Source: Acidobacteriota bacterium
GTDB lineage: Bacteria > Acidobacteriota > UBA6911 > RPQK01 > JAJDTT01
Assembly: GCA_965217775.1 (NCBI GenBank)
Contig: CBDCJH010000002.1
Coordinates: forward strand, 3,424,001 to 3,488,000
Length of the DNA: 64,000 nucleotides
Reading direction: 5' to 3'
Shown: one piece after another, positions 18,740 through 29,186 of the stretch
How positions within the stretch are numbered: the stretch's first letter is position 1
Layout: the number at the start of each line of letters is the position of its first letter
Program-made: the position numbers and the translations under genes
The notes under the pieces: generated by a model
What the model was told of the DNA's origin: nothing
What the model saw: the letters and a program-made list of their open reading frames with translations, nothing else
Databases searched by the model: none

Positions 18740-20523
18740 TCGAGTACGACCAGGAAGAGATCCTGGGTCGAGTCTACGACGGGCGATTGGCCCGGAGGAT
18801 GCTGGGATATCTCTCCCCCTACCGCGGGGTCGTGGCCGCATCGGTCACTCTGCTTCTCCTGGTGTCGGCCCTGCAACTGGCGGGTCCGCTCCTGACCCAG
18901 ATCGCCATCGACCAGCACATCAGCAGCGGCGACCGGACCGGTCTCACGCTTCTGGCACTGCTCTACCTCGGGCTCCTGATGCTGCAATTCGGGTGCTCGT
19001 TCGCACAGACCTGGCTGATGAACTGGACCGGACAGCGGGTCATGAACGATCTGAGGGTCCAGATCTTCAGTCACGTCCAGACCCTGCACGTCGGCTACTT
19101 CGACAGGAATCCCGTGGGCCGGCTGATCACCCGCATGACCAACGACGTGGACGTCCTCAACGAGCTCTTCACGGCCGGCGTCGTGAGCATCTTCGGGGAC
19201 ATCTTCCTGTTGGGCGGCATCGTGACGATCATGCTCTGGAGGGATTGGCAACTGGCCCTGGTCAGCTTCTCGGTCCTGCCCCTCATTTTCGTGGCCACCA
19301 TGATCTTCAAGCTCAAGGTTCGCGGCTCATATCGATGGGTCCGGGCCTGTGTGGTCAAGATCAACGCCTTCCTTCAGGAGAACATCACCGGCATGCCGGT
19401 GGTCCAGATCTTCGTCCAGGAGGACCGCAAGTTCGACCAGTTCCGGGAACGGAACCGGGAACACCTGCAGGCCAATATTCAATCCATCTTCTACTACGCG
19501 GTCTTCTATCCCGTGATCAATCTGGTGGGAGCTCTGGCCATCGCCCTGATTCTCTGGTACGGAGGGGGACGCGTGCTGGACGGCGTCCTGACCCTGGGCA
19601 CACTGGTGGCCTTCCTTCAGTATTCGGAACGCTTCTTCAAGCCCATCAGCGACCTGAGCGAAAAATTCAACATCCTTCAGAGCGCCATGGCCAGTTCGGA
19701 GCGGATCTTCATGCTCCTGGATACCCGTGCCGAGGTTCGGCCTCCGTCGGAACCCACACCGTTGCCGCCGGGCGGCGGCGCCATCGAGTTTCGCAACGTA
19801 TCGTTCGCCTACAAGGAGGACACGCCGGTCCTGCGGAAACTGAGTTTGCGGATCGCCCCCGGCGAACGCGTGGCTATCGTGGGGCCCACTGGTTCAGGCA
19901 AGACCACCTTGATCAACCTGATCTGCAGGTTCTACGACATCCGGGACGGAGGCATTCTCATCGATGGGATCCCCATCGCCAACCTGGACCCGGGAGAACT
20001 GAGGCGAACGATGGCGGTGGTGCTCCAGGACGTCTTTCTCTTCAGCGGCACCATCGAAGAGAACGTCCGGCTGTGGAGGGCTCCCATCAATCGGCCGCAA
20101 GTGACGGAGGCGGTACGCCACGTCAACGCCCTGGATTTCATCCGGGAAAAGCCCAAGGGACTCGACTCGCCGGTGACGGAAAGGGGCACGTCGTTGTCCG
20201 TGGGACAGAGACAGTTGCTGGCCTTCGCCCGGGCCCTGGCTCACGACCCCAGAATCCTGATCCTGGACGAGGCCACCTCGTCGGTCGACACCGAGACCGA
20301 GATTCTCATCCAGGACGCCCTGGGCACGCTCATGGAGGGGAGAACCTCCATCGTCATCGCCCACCGCCTTTCCACCATCCGGAACTGTGACCGTATCGTC
20401 GTTCTCCGCCAGGGAAGAATCGAGGAAGAAGGCACCCATCAGGAACTGCTCAGGCTGCGGGGCCTCTACTACAAGCTCTACCAATTGCAGTACGCGGGAG
20501 AGGAAATAGGAGTGAGGAAATAG
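18736..20523 (+). CDS. ABC exporter half-transporter (TMD-NBD), heterodimer subunit 2
   Basis: GPTGSGKT, degenerate signature LSVGQ, ILILDEAT, IAHRLST; ATGA overlap. Confidence 0.92.
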   Translation: MIEYDQEEILGRVYDGRLARRMLGYLSPYRGVVAASVTLLLLVSALQLAGPLLTQIAIDQHISSGDRTGLTLLALLYLGLLMLQFGCSFAQTWLMNWTGQRVMNDLRVQIFSHVQTLHVGYFDRNPVGRLITRMTNDVDVLNELFTAGVVSIFGDIFLLGGIVTIMLWRDWQLALVSFSVLPLIFVATMIFKLKVRGSYRWVRACVVKINAFLQENITGMPVVQIFVQEDRKFDQFRERNREHLQANIQSIFYYAVFYPVINLVGALAIALILWYGGGRVLDGVLTLGTLVAFLQYSERFFKPISDLSEKFNILQSAMASSERIFMLLDTRAEVRPPSEPTPLPPGGGAIEFRNVSFAYKEDTPVLRKLSLRIAPGERVAIVGPTGSGKTTLINLICRFYDIRDGGILIDGIPIANLDPGELRRTMAVVLQDVFLFSGTIEENVRLWRAPINRPQVTEAVRHVNALDFIREKPKGLDSPVTERGTSLSVGQRQLLAFARALAHDPRILILDEATSSVDTETEILIQDALGTLMEGRTSIVIAHRLSTIRNCDRIVVLRQGRIEEEGTHQELLRLRGLYYKLYQLQYAGEEIGVRK

Positions 20524-20695
20524 AAAAGAGTGGGAGGCTGAGGTGTCGAGCGACTCCTGTAGTCGTTCGATCTCACCCGATGGTCGTTTCCGGGTATGGA
20601 ACGGAATCAAGAGAAACCAGCGGGACCACGGATGAGGACATTGCCTATGAGCATCCGCCTAACGCGAAACCGGCTCTTCTCTCTTTCCTCTTTCC

Positions 20696-22135
20696 TCAAC
20701 TCGCGCCGCGGCCCCAGACGACGGCCGGAATGGTCTTGAGCAGAATCCAGAGATCGAGCTTCAAGGACCACTGGTCGATGTACTGGAGATCCAGCTTCAT
20801 CCATTTCTGGAAGTCCAGCTCGTTGCGGCCGGAGATCTGCCAGAGACAGGTGATGCCCGGCTTGACGCTCAGTCGCCGCCGCTGGCTCCGGGAATAGTGC
20901 CGGACCTCCTCGGGTAGAGGCGCCCGGGGGCCGACCAGGCTCATCTCGCCTCTCAGCACGTTTGCCAACTGCGGCAGCTCGTCGATGCTGTACCTGCGCA
21001 GAATGCGTCCCAGGGGCGTCACCCGGGGATCGTTGCGCATCTTGAACACCGGGCCGTCCATCTCGTTGAGATGCCGGATTGCCCGGAGCTGGTCCTCGGC
21101 CCCTTCGACCATGGTGCGAAACTTGACCAGCCGGAACTCCCGCCCGTAGAGCCCACGCCGAACCTGACGATAGAAGACCGATCCGCGTGAGGTGAACTTG
21201 ATCAGAGCCATGATCAGGAGCAGGAAGGGGGCCGCCAGCGCCAGCAGAGCCGACGCCAGGACACAATCCATGATCCGCTTGACCACCAGTGCGATGCTCT
21301 GGTCCGGAGCTGTGGAAAACGTGATGAGCGGAAGCTCCTCCAGGAAATCGAGCGATAGCCTGGAGGTGGATGTAGGGAAGAAGTCGGCGGCGATCCGGGT
21401 CCGGATTCCGAGTTCCTCACACAGTCTCAGCACCTTCTGAAACTGGCGGTTGTCCTCCGGCTGGGCGCCCACGAATATGATCTCGTCCACGACCAGCCGG
21501 TCCGTGAGCAGGCCGGGAAGATCCTTGAGCGATCCCACAATCCGTATCCCGGGGTCCTCGCTCCAGGTTTCTCCAGGCGCCAGATGTCCGACGACGTGGT
21601 AGCCCCACTTTCGGTATCGGCCCAGCAACTGGCTGACATTCTTGGCCCGGGAGTCGATTCCGGCGATCAGGATCCTGACCTGATTGTGCTCGTTGACGTT
21701 CCGCGTCCTCAGGATCCAATTCAGGACCATACGGTTCAGGCCCAGGAAGAGACCGGATAGTCCTATGAATACGAAAAACACGGGCCGGCTCACATCCAGG
21801 TTGAAGACAAAGATGATGAAACCTACGGTGAGACCGGAGGCGCAGACGAAGCGGCCGATGCGGAAAAGGTGCTGGGAGGCGGAGACCTGGTAGAAGTGGG
21901 AGTATTGTTGGGTGATCCGGAGGGTGGGAATCCAAATCGGCAACACGGCCAGCAGATAGAGCAGATACCGGGAATAGGGCAGCAAAACCGGATGGAATGC
22001 GGGCGCGATCGAGGCCGGCACCCATTCCAGCAGCAGGGATCGGGAGAAATAGGCCAGGGTCAAGGCCAGGAAGGCGACGGCGATGTCCGCCGCCTGGAGG
22101 AGGTTGCCGTAGACTTGAGACTGGCGATCGAACAT
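20696..22135 (-). CDS. Polyprenyl-phosphate sugar-1-phosphate transferase (WcaJ/WbaP-like)
   Basis: KRIMD, KFRTM, DPRVTPLG, SIDELPQL, SLVGPR, KPGITCLWQ. Confidence 0.92.
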   Translation of the reverse strand: MFDRQSQVYGNLLQAADIAVAFLALTLAYFSRSLLLEWVPASIAPAFHPVLLPYSRYLLYLLAVLPIWIPTLRITQQYSHFYQVSASQHLFRIGRFVCASGLTVGFIIFVFNLDVSRPVFFVFIGLSGLFLGLNRMVLNWILRTRNVNEHNQVRILIAGIDSRAKNVSQLLGRYRKWGYHVVGHLAPGETWSEDPGIRIVGSLKDLPGLLTDRLVVDEIIFVGAQPEDNRQFQKVLRLCEELGIRTRIAADFFPTSTSRLSLDFLEELPLITFSTAPDQSIALVVKRIMDCVLASALLALAAPFLLLIMALIKFTSRGSVFYRQVRRGLYGREFRLVKFRTMVEGAEDQLRAIRHLNEMDGPVFKMRNDPRVTPLGRILRRYSIDELPQLANVLRGEMSLVGPRAPLPEEVRHYSRSQRRRLSVKPGITCLWQISGRNELDFQKWMKLDLQYIDQWSLKLDLWILLKTIPAVVWGRGAS

Positions 22136-22194
22136 CTCGGTGTCGTCCCCGAAGCGGCCCGCCGGACTTGGCCGGGAGCCGGGGGGCGTTCAAT

Positions 22195-22899
22195 TCAGCA
22201 ATCGGTCAGGTCCCCGATCCGGGGGGGCCGGGACATGAGGAAACCCTCCGCCAAGGAGCATCCTACTAGACTCCCCAGGTGCGTGTGGAAACTCCGGATC
22301 CGTTCCAGGAACCGGGGATCGCTGAGATAGGTGGCAGGCTCGCTCGAGTCCGAGCGATACAACTGGGACGCATAGGCCTCCAAAGCGCGCCCCTTCTGCT
22401 CGTAGTGGTCCGAAATGTCCACTCCGACGTGGGGTAAGACCGGCTGATCGAAATGGGTCCAATAGGCGATCCGCCGCGGACGGAAACGCTGTTGAGACGT
22501 ATCGATGGCCGCCAGGCCGGCATGGTGAACCGCTTCCTCCACTAGAATGGTTGCCTTGCCGTGGTCCGGATGGCCCCATCCGGAGTGAGTCAGGACCAGC
22601 TTGGGCCGGTACTGCCGGATCACCCGGATCAATTCCAAACGGCTCTCTTCATCGAGACTCAGGTTCCCGTCCCTCAACCCCAGGTTCAGCCGGAAGTCCA
22701 GACCCAGGAGAGCAGCCGCGCGACGGGCTTCGCGGGCCCGGGTCTCGATCGTACCGCGGGTTCCCAACTCGCCCCGTGTCAGGTCCACGGCGCCGGTGCG
22801 GCGGCCCAGGGACTTCAGGCGAAGCAGCGTCCCGCCGCAACCCAGCTCGACGTCGTCGGGATGCGCCCCCACGGCGAGAACGTCGACTTGTTCACACAT
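22195..22899 (-). CDS. bshB1: Bacillithiol biosynthesis deacetylase (PIG-L family)
   Basis: AHPDDVELGCGG, LTRGELGTRG, HPDH; directly downstream of bshC. Confidence 0.88.
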   Translation of the reverse strand: MCEQVDVLAVGAHPDDVELGCGGTLLRLKSLGRRTGAVDLTRGELGTRGTIETRAREARRAAALLGLDFRLNLGLRDGNLSLDEESRLELIRVIRQYRPKLVLTHSGWGHPDHGKATILVEEAVHHAGLAAIDTSQQRFRPRRIAYWTHFDQPVLPHVGVDISDHYEQKGRALEAYASQLYRSDSSEPATYLSDPRFLERIRSFHTHLGSLVGCSLAEGFLMSRPPRIGDLTDC

Positions 22900-24532
22900 G
22901 GATCACCTGGTGACCCATACAGAAGGGGTCGATGGTTTCCAACAGTCCATCGATGAACCCGGGTCCCTCTTCCATCAGGAACTGGTTGAAGTTGACGACC
23001 CGTTCCTGCAGCTTCTCCTCGGGATGAAGACGGGTATGAAGATAGTCCAGATGACGGCCGGCGACGCGGTCGCGGTTTCGATAGTTTTCCAGAAATCGGT
23101 TCTCCACCCGGTCCATCTGATAAAAGACTCGCTTCCAAGCCCTGGGAACCATCCTGTCGAGACTCGGATCGACGCGGACAATGTCCCCCTGGAGCCGGGT
23201 CAGGCTCTCCCGGACCACCTCCGAGATCCGGTCGAACTCGTCCAGAACGTGCTTTGAAGCTCCCGTCCTGGCGACACGTTGGGTGATTCGGGAGGCGCCC
23301 AGGGTGAGCAGCTCGAGCAGATCCAGCGAGTGCCTTTTCAGCAGCCGCTGGGACTTCCGGTCCACTACCGTAACCCCGACCCTGGGGAACACGCAGCACT
23401 GAATCTTCCAGTAGGGGCTGATGGCGCCGATCTGGCTGAAGTAGGCGACCTCCGCCGGCCCTCCCACGTAAGCTACGGTAGGGAAAAGATGGTCCTGAAT
23501 GATGGGCCGCAACAAAACGTTGGGACCGAACTCACCGGCTCCGGTTCGTATCCGTTCCAGCAGCTCTTCCGGCCGCAGCCGGAGAGAGCGGCTTCCGCGG
23601 CTCCAATAGGCTCCGGATCGGTACTCCAACTTGTAACGCCGTCTCTCCTCGAGCCAGAAGAGGAGTGACTCGGAGCTGTCCACGGGCACCTGTACCCGGT
23701 GCCCATCCGCCTCCAGCTTCCGTCCGCGGTTCTGCAGGGAGCGAATCAGGCGTTTTCGCTCCAGGACCGCCGTCTCGAAGACCGGTCTCAATGCGCCCTT
23801 GTATCCGGGTTGGAGCGCGTCGAAGAGAATGAGCCCCTGGTTTCGAAAGAGCCGGGCGAGCCAACGGGCCTGGGCATCGGTAAAAGGGGTGCCGGGCTCG
23901 AAGGCCGATTCGAGGGTTCGAAGGATCGCTTCCTGAAACTCGGAAGTGGGCGCGCCGTCCTGGAGCCTCTTCAGGGGATCACCCACCGATTCCAACGAAA
24001 CCGTGCCCACCATGGTTGCCGAAGGGGGGGAGGGACCGGAATAGCCCAGACGAAGCAGCGATCCCTGCGGATCGAAGAAGGTGGTGGAGCGGGACTCCAG
24101 AAAATCGGAGTCATCGGAAGGAAGCCAGAAGACGGGAACCGCCGGGCACCCTTGCGCCTCCAGGGTCCGGGCCAGGCTCACGGCGGTCAGCGCCTTGTAG
24201 ACGGAGAGGGCCGGTCCGCCGAAGAGGCCCAACTGTTGGCCCGTGACCACGGCCACGGTCCCCGAATCCCGCAGCTTCTCGATATTCTCGCCGGTGGAGG
24301 GCCCCGAGCCCACCCGGGCATTGAAATCGCGGAGCATCCGGACGAGAGTCCCGCGGGGCAACCGGGAGTCCCGTCCCCGCGCGGCCTCGGCTCTTTGGCC
24401 CAGGGCCTCCGGGCTGGTGTGCGCCGGTCCGGCCGGGTAGAGCGGTGCGACCTGGTCGAAATCGTACAGATACTGGAGAAAAAGTCGACTCTGCCCCGGC
24501 AACCGGCGGCGGTCGAGACGTTCGACTCTCAT
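22892..24532 (-). CDS. bshC: Bacillithiol cysteine-adding enzyme
   Basis: VVTGQQLGLFGGP, PVFW...DSDF.E, PNVLLRP, YVGGPAEVAY, LQERV. Confidence 0.93.
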   Translation of the reverse strand: MRVERLDRRRLPGQSRLFLQYLYDFDQVAPLYPAGPAHTSPEALGQRAEAARGRDSRLPRGTLVRMLRDFNARVGSGPSTGENIEKLRDSGTVAVVTGQQLGLFGGPALSVYKALTAVSLARTLEAQGCPAVPVFWLPSDDSDFLESRSTTFFDPQGSLLRLGYSGPSPPSATMVGTVSLESVGDPLKRLQDGAPTSEFQEAILRTLESAFEPGTPFTDAQARWLARLFRNQGLILFDALQPGYKGALRPVFETAVLERKRLIRSLQNRGRKLEADGHRVQVPVDSSESLLFWLEERRRYKLEYRSGAYWSRGSRSLRLRPEELLERIRTGAGEFGPNVLLRPIIQDHLFPTVAYVGGPAEVAYFSQIGAISPYWKIQCCVFPRVGVTVVDRKSQRLLKRHSLDLLELLTLGASRITQRVARTGASKHVLDEFDRISEVVRESLTRLQGDIVRVDPSLDRMVPRAWKRVFYQMDRVENRFLENYRNRDRVAGRHLDYLHTRLHPEEKLQERVVNFNQFLMEEGPGFIDGLLETIDPFCMGHQVIHV

Positions 24533-24699
24533 GCGGCCGCCAGTTTAACCGAAAGTCCCCCGCGGCACCGGGACCGATGCCGCGAGGGACTTCCATCTGG
24601 GACCGCCGAGGCCAGCGTCCGCCGGACTCCACGCCTCAAGAAGACGGGCGGCAGCCGCCCCCCCTCCAAGAGACGCCCGGGGCGTTGCGGCCCAGTCTG

Positions 24700-25008
24700 C
24701 TACGGGCGCTTCGCCTTTTCCTTGGAAGGGGAGGAAGGGGCCTTGACCCTGATCCGGTCCCTGAGCCTCAGAAAGGTCTTCTCTCCGATGCCCCGGACGT
24801 TCATCAGATCTTCAATCCGCTTGAAGGCTCCGTTTTTCTCCCGGAACGCCACGATGCGTCTGGCGATTGCCGGTCCGACGCCGGGGAGGGTGTCCAACTC
24901 TTCCACGGTCGCCTGATTCAGGTCCAGCGTGTCCGCAGCCGTGACCTCCGGAGACCAGAGCCAAGGCATGGCCATCATCAAGGTCGAGAACAACAAAATC
25001 TTTCGCAT
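24700..25008 (-). CDS. comEA: ComEA family helix-hairpin-helix DNA-binding protein
   Basis: LNQATVEELDTLPGVGP...L.NVRGIG; signal peptide; SD AAGGAGG. Confidence 0.88.
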   Translation of the reverse strand: MRKILLFSTLMMAMPWLWSPEVTAADTLDLNQATVEELDTLPGVGPAIARRIVAFREKNGAFKRIEDLMNVRGIGEKTFLRLRDRIRVKAPSSPSKEKAKRP

Positions 25009-25084
25009 GTACACCTCCTTTGGTTTGGGTTTTCTATCTGAGCCTAACGCTCCGGATGGAAAAAACGCGAAGCGGAGCGGCAGC

Positions 25085-26338
25085 TCACCCGCCAACTGGT
25101 GCTTGGACGCCGTTGCAGAGGTAGTCGAAAATTTCGTAGTTCCGGGCTCCGTCGGCCGCCCGGGCCTCGTACTCGTCGCTCAAAGGCTCGGAGAGCAGCA
25201 TGGGGACCATCTCTTCATGGCGTCCGCCGTGGGACCTCAGAGGTTCGTTCAGGACGCTGAGATCATGGTCGGCAGGGGTCCTCCCGATGACGGCGCCGGC
25301 GTCCGCCATCACCACCAGATCGCCGATGCGGTCGGCCGGCAGGTCCAGCTCTCTCGACGCCGCAGTGCGATCGTAGACTTCGTCGATGCCGGGCAGCCGG
25401 CGGATCCAACCGGCCACGGCAGTGGTCTCCAGGGGTTCGGTCACGTGCACCATGACCGCCGAACCCAGAGAGCCGTGGTGAACGACGTAGGGGTCCGTGA
25501 TGGGACAGACCACTCGGCTCCCCTCTCCGAAACGATCTCTCAACAGTGATTCGAGATAGACGACGTTGGGGCTCCCGTCGGGCCGGGTCTTGGCATTCAT
25601 TCCATGGTCAGCGGTCACTCCAACCCGGGCGCCGGTCACCAGCAGCGCGCCGATCTCCCGGTCCAGCGCCTGATGGAAATCCAGTGACCGGGAAGACTCG
25701 GGAGGGTACTTGTGCTGCATGTAGTCAGTCAGGGAGAGGAAGAGAAAATCGGCCAGATCCCTCCGGATGAGTCGGGCCCCGGCCGCCAGCACGAAGAGGC
25801 TGGCGTCGGCGCTGTAGATCTCCGGCTGCGGCCTGCCCACCAGGTCCTCCAGGTTCGCGATGCCGTGGGTCTCGACGGAGGCGGCGGCGGCCCGCTCGGA
25901 AGAAAAGGCGATTCCGTCAAGCCCCTTCGTGAGCAGGTCCCGGAGTTTCTCCTTGGCCGTCACCATAGCCACCATTCTGCCGGCACGGGACGCCGCCGCC
26001 AGAATGGTTTCGCACCGGAGGTAGCGGGACGAGTTCATCATCAGTTGCCGGCCGGTCCGGGGATCGAGAAAGAAGTTGCCGCTGATACCGGTCACGGACG
26101 GGGGGACCCCGGAGACGATGGCCGCATTGTTCACGTTGGTGAAGGAGGGGAGGGCGCCCCGGACCACGGACTCGAATCCACCTGCGGCCAGACCCTCCAG
26201 GTGAGGCATGCGGCCCCGACGCCTGGAGACCTCCAGGTACTCGGGGCCGCATCCATCGATGCAGACCACCGCCAGCGGCTTGGCCGGAGGCCGGTATTCC
26301 CGCCCGTTGACCCGGAAAGGCGTGGTGCTGATCCGCAT
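25085..26338 (-). CDS. phnA: Phosphonoacetate hydrolase
   Basis: VNGREY, VVCIDGC, PSFTNVNN, TDYMQHK, TADHGMN, DPYVVHHG, LRSHGG. Confidence 0.9.
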   Translation of the reverse strand: MRISTTPFRVNGREYRPPAKPLAVVCIDGCGPEYLEVSRRRGRMPHLEGLAAGGFESVVRGALPSFTNVNNAAIVSGVPPSVTGISGNFFLDPRTGRQLMMNSSRYLRCETILAAASRAGRMVAMVTAKEKLRDLLTKGLDGIAFSSERAAAASVETHGIANLEDLVGRPQPEIYSADASLFVLAAGARLIRRDLADFLFLSLTDYMQHKYPPESSRSLDFHQALDREIGALLVTGARVGVTADHGMNAKTRPDGSPNVVYLESLLRDRFGEGSRVVCPITDPYVVHHGSLGSAVMVHVTEPLETTAVAGWIRRLPGIDEVYDRTAASRELDLPADRIGDLVVMADAGAVIGRTPADHDLSVLNEPLRSHGGRHEEMVPMLLSEPLSDEYEARAADGARNYEIFDYLCNGVQAPVGG

Positions 26339-26348
26339 CGAGCGTCCC

Positions 26349-27164
26349 TCAGGAAGGCGGACTGGAGAAATACCAGCGTAGAATCCCGGGCCCCCAAAAG
26401 GCCGACGCAGCCGCAGCGACACCCAGAAAGGTGCCGAATGGCAACGGATAGGTCCTTCCCTTGGAGCGGGCCCGCATATAGATGGCGCCGGCGACGGCCC
26501 CCGCCACCGAACCCAGGAAGACGCTCAGCCAGGCACACTTCCAGCCCAGGAAGGCGCCCAGCATGGCGGTCATCTTGACGTCGCCGAATCCCATCCCGTC
26601 GACACCCGAATAACGCCGGTAGAGGGCGGCGATCAGCCACAGGAAGCCGCCTCCCAGCCCGGCTCCCAGGAGAGAAAATCCCAGGTGGTCCCAGGCCGGG
26701 AGCGACGCCGGCCCCGTCTCCCAATGGAAGAAATCAGGATCCTGAAGAGGAGACAGGAGGACGCCGGCCGCCAAGCCACCGAGCGTCAGGACGTCAGGCA
26801 GAATTCGATGGTAAAGGTCGATGACCGAGAGGGTCAGGATCAACGCCAGGAACAGGCAGGTGACCACAAAGGTGGAGGACCAACCGAACCGCATCCAGGC
26901 GGCGACGAAAAGAGCTGCGGTCGCGGCCTCCACCAACGGGTACTGGAGAGAGATGCGCTGATGGCAGGCGCGGCAGCGACCCTTGAGGAGCAAGAAGCTC
27001 AAGACCGGAATGTTGTCCCCGGCCGATATCGGTTGCGAGCAATTGGGGCAGCGGGAACGGGGCCGAATGACCGACTCCCGGCGCGGGAGACGGTGAATGC
27101 AGACATTGAGAAAACTGCCGATCACCAATCCGGCCAGGGCCGGCACGACTGCGGTCCAATCCAT
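26349..27164 (-). CDS. pilD: Prepilin peptidase/N-methyltransferase
   Basis: GSFLNVCIHRLP, CPNC..CRAC, ID...ILPD, GMGFGDVK, PFG.FL; TATAAT 8 nt upstream of the ATG. Confidence 0.92.
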   Translation of the reverse strand: MDWTAVVPALAGLVIGSFLNVCIHRLPRRESVIRPRSRCPNCSQPISAGDNIPVLSFLLLKGRCRACHQRISLQYPLVEAATAALFVAAWMRFGWSSTFVVTCLFLALILTLSVIDLYHRILPDVLTLGGLAAGVLLSPLQDPDFFHWETGPASLPAWDHLGFSLLGAGLGGGFLWLIAALYRRYSGVDGMGFGDVKMTAMLGAFLGWKCAWLSVFLGSVAGAVAGAIYMRARSKGRTYPLPFGTFLGVAAAASAFWGPGILRWYFSSPPS

Positions 27165-27243
27165 CTCCCGCAATTATACGCGCGGCTCGGAAGGATCCGG
27201 GTTTCCCAGGACCGACGGGAGATGGCGCGGTTGGAACAGCGGA

Positions 27244-28929
27244 CTAATCACGGCGGGCCAGTACGATGTCGTTGTTGTCGACGATGGTGTACATGGCCTT
27301 CTCCAGGTCGGTCACGGCCTGCTGATAGTCCACCCGCGCCCGCAGCTCCTGCACCTGCGCCTGGCTCAGGTCCCTCTGATACCGGAGCACTTCGAAGTTG
27401 GTGGACAGGCCGGCCTGGAAACGCTTGTTCTCGCCCTCCAACTGCGCCTCCGAGAGCTGGCGCGCAACCCCGGCCGCTTCCAGGCGCTTCCTCTGGGTGG
27501 CGATGCTCTCGTAGGCATTGCGCACTTCCACGATGACCATCTGCTGCTGGTTCTTCAGTTGGCTGGCCAGCCGGCGATCCCGGATCAAGATTCTCGCTCG
27601 CTCCGCGTCGTTGGCCCGGTTCTTCAGGGGAATCTCCACGCTGACGCCCAGAGTGTAGTTGATGTAGTCGAATCCGAAGACCTGACCCCACGAATTGCCG
27701 AAACTGCCGGAGAAAGGATTCGACGGCTGGGACACGTTCTCCAATCGCGTGTCGGGAACGCCGTCTCCATCGCTATCCACGAATTCGCTCCCGAAGATCT
27801 CCCCGGCACGTCCCGTGTTGGTCAGGCTCGCCACCAGGTCCACGCTGGGTCTTCCTTCCCGCTGGTAGTATTCCCGGTCCACCTCGACCTGTTCCCGGAG
27901 CAGCCGGTTCTGTTCCAATTCGGGGCGCCGCTCCATGGCCCTGGCAATAGCCTCGTCCAGGGTGATGGCCAGATCCCGGACCCGGGGAAGCTGGGTCGGG
28001 ATCAGGGTCAGATTCCAGATGGCCGCCGTCGGATCCGGCGCCAGGTACCGCTTGAGTCCGTTCTGGGAGGTGATGATCTGAACCTCCGACTGGATCATCT
28101 CCTGCTCGCGCGTGGCCACCTCGGCCCGGGAGGCAGTGATCTCGATGGGCGCCATGACGCCGATCCGGACCCGTTTCTGGTTGTTCTCGTGCTGGATGAT
28201 GGCCAGCTCCATGGACTTGCGAATGGCCTCGTAGCTCTCGATGGCGAACACCAGCTCCCAGTACTGGTTCTGCACCTGCTGGACGATCTCCGACACCTTC
28301 TGTTGAAACTGGCTGTCGTTGATCTCGGTCTCCAGGTTGTAGAGCTTGAGCTGACGTCTGGTCTGAGTCTGTCGAAATCCCCTCATCAGCGGCTGGCGCA
28401 GGGACACGGCGAAGTTGGATCCGAAAGAGGGGTTCATGAAGGAGAATGCGCTGTTGGTGCTGAAGCGGTTGTTGTTGAAGTTCAAGGTGACGCTGCTTCC
28501 GTTGGGCAGATTCTGCACCAGCGACGTGTCGAAGTAGATCCGATCCGTGGTGTTCACCGGAATTCCCCGGCCCGCGTCCAAAATGGACCGAGCCGGATTC
28601 TCGGTGGCCGCCCAGCCGACCTCGAACCGGAGCCTGGGATCGTAGAAGCCCCTGGTTCCGAAGATCCACTGGCGGTTCAGATCCTCGTTGTAGTCCTCGA
28701 TGGCGATCTCCAGGTTGTTGATCAGCGCCAGCCGAATGGCGTCCTTGACGCTCAACTCCCGGACCGGCCTCTCACGGCGCATCCGATCCGCCCATGACTC
28801 GGGCCGGTCGATCTTCGGCATCTTGGGAGCGGTCTGATCAGGGGTCGATTTTTCCTGGGGAACAGCCCGCAAGAAGGGCACCGTAATAACGAAAAAGATC
28901 GGAAGAATAATTCCCTTGACGCTCTTCAT
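27244..28929 (-). CDS. TolC family outer-membrane protein
   Basis: Signal peptide, L.QPL..G, V.NAY, RF.AGLST.FEVL..Q repeats. Confidence 0.85.
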   Translation of the reverse strand: MKSVKGIILPIFFVITVPFLRAVPQEKSTPDQTAPKMPKIDRPESWADRMRRERPVRELSVKDAIRLALINNLEIAIEDYNEDLNRQWIFGTRGFYDPRLRFEVGWAATENPARSILDAGRGIPVNTTDRIYFDTSLVQNLPNGSSVTLNFNNNRFSTNSAFSFMNPSFGSNFAVSLRQPLMRGFRQTQTRRQLKLYNLETEINDSQFQQKVSEIVQQVQNQYWELVFAIESYEAIRKSMELAIIQHENNQKRVRIGVMAPIEITASRAEVATREQEMIQSEVQIITSQNGLKRYLAPDPTAAIWNLTLIPTQLPRVRDLAITLDEAIARAMERRPELEQNRLLREQVEVDREYYQREGRPSVDLVASLTNTGRAGEIFGSEFVDSDGDGVPDTRLENVSQPSNPFSGSFGNSWGQVFGFDYINYTLGVSVEIPLKNRANDAERARILIRDRRLASQLKNQQQMVIVEVRNAYESIATQRKRLEAAGVARQLSEAQLEGENKRFQAGLSTNFEVLRYQRDLSQAQVQELRARVDYQQAVTDLEKAMYTIVDNNDIVLARRD

Positions 28930-29186
28930 GGCATCTCCTGGAAAGGCTCTAAACTAGACGGACCGTGGCAAAGTCCCCCGCACAATCAGCACGGACTGTA
29001 CCACGCACGAGGGCTCATCCCTATGGTGTACGAACGACACGGGAAGATTGTTTCAACAACCTGGGGTAAGGGCTCGAAGCGCCGGCCACCGGGGGAGGAC
29101 CGTCCCAGGAGCCGGCGCTGAAGGTGGTCGCGCGGCATTTAACCGGCGCTACGCAGGACCTGCCGGATACGCCGGAATGCGTGCCG

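Noticed and set aside
16976-20523. Degenerate ABC motifs (DD Walker B, LSVGQ)
   Set aside because: Normal asymmetry of heterodimeric exporters (TM287/288 type), not decay
28960-28980. CCGTGGCAAAGTC resembling the MITE terminus
   Set aside because: Only ~13 bp, with no partner TIR, TSD or internal MITE sequence
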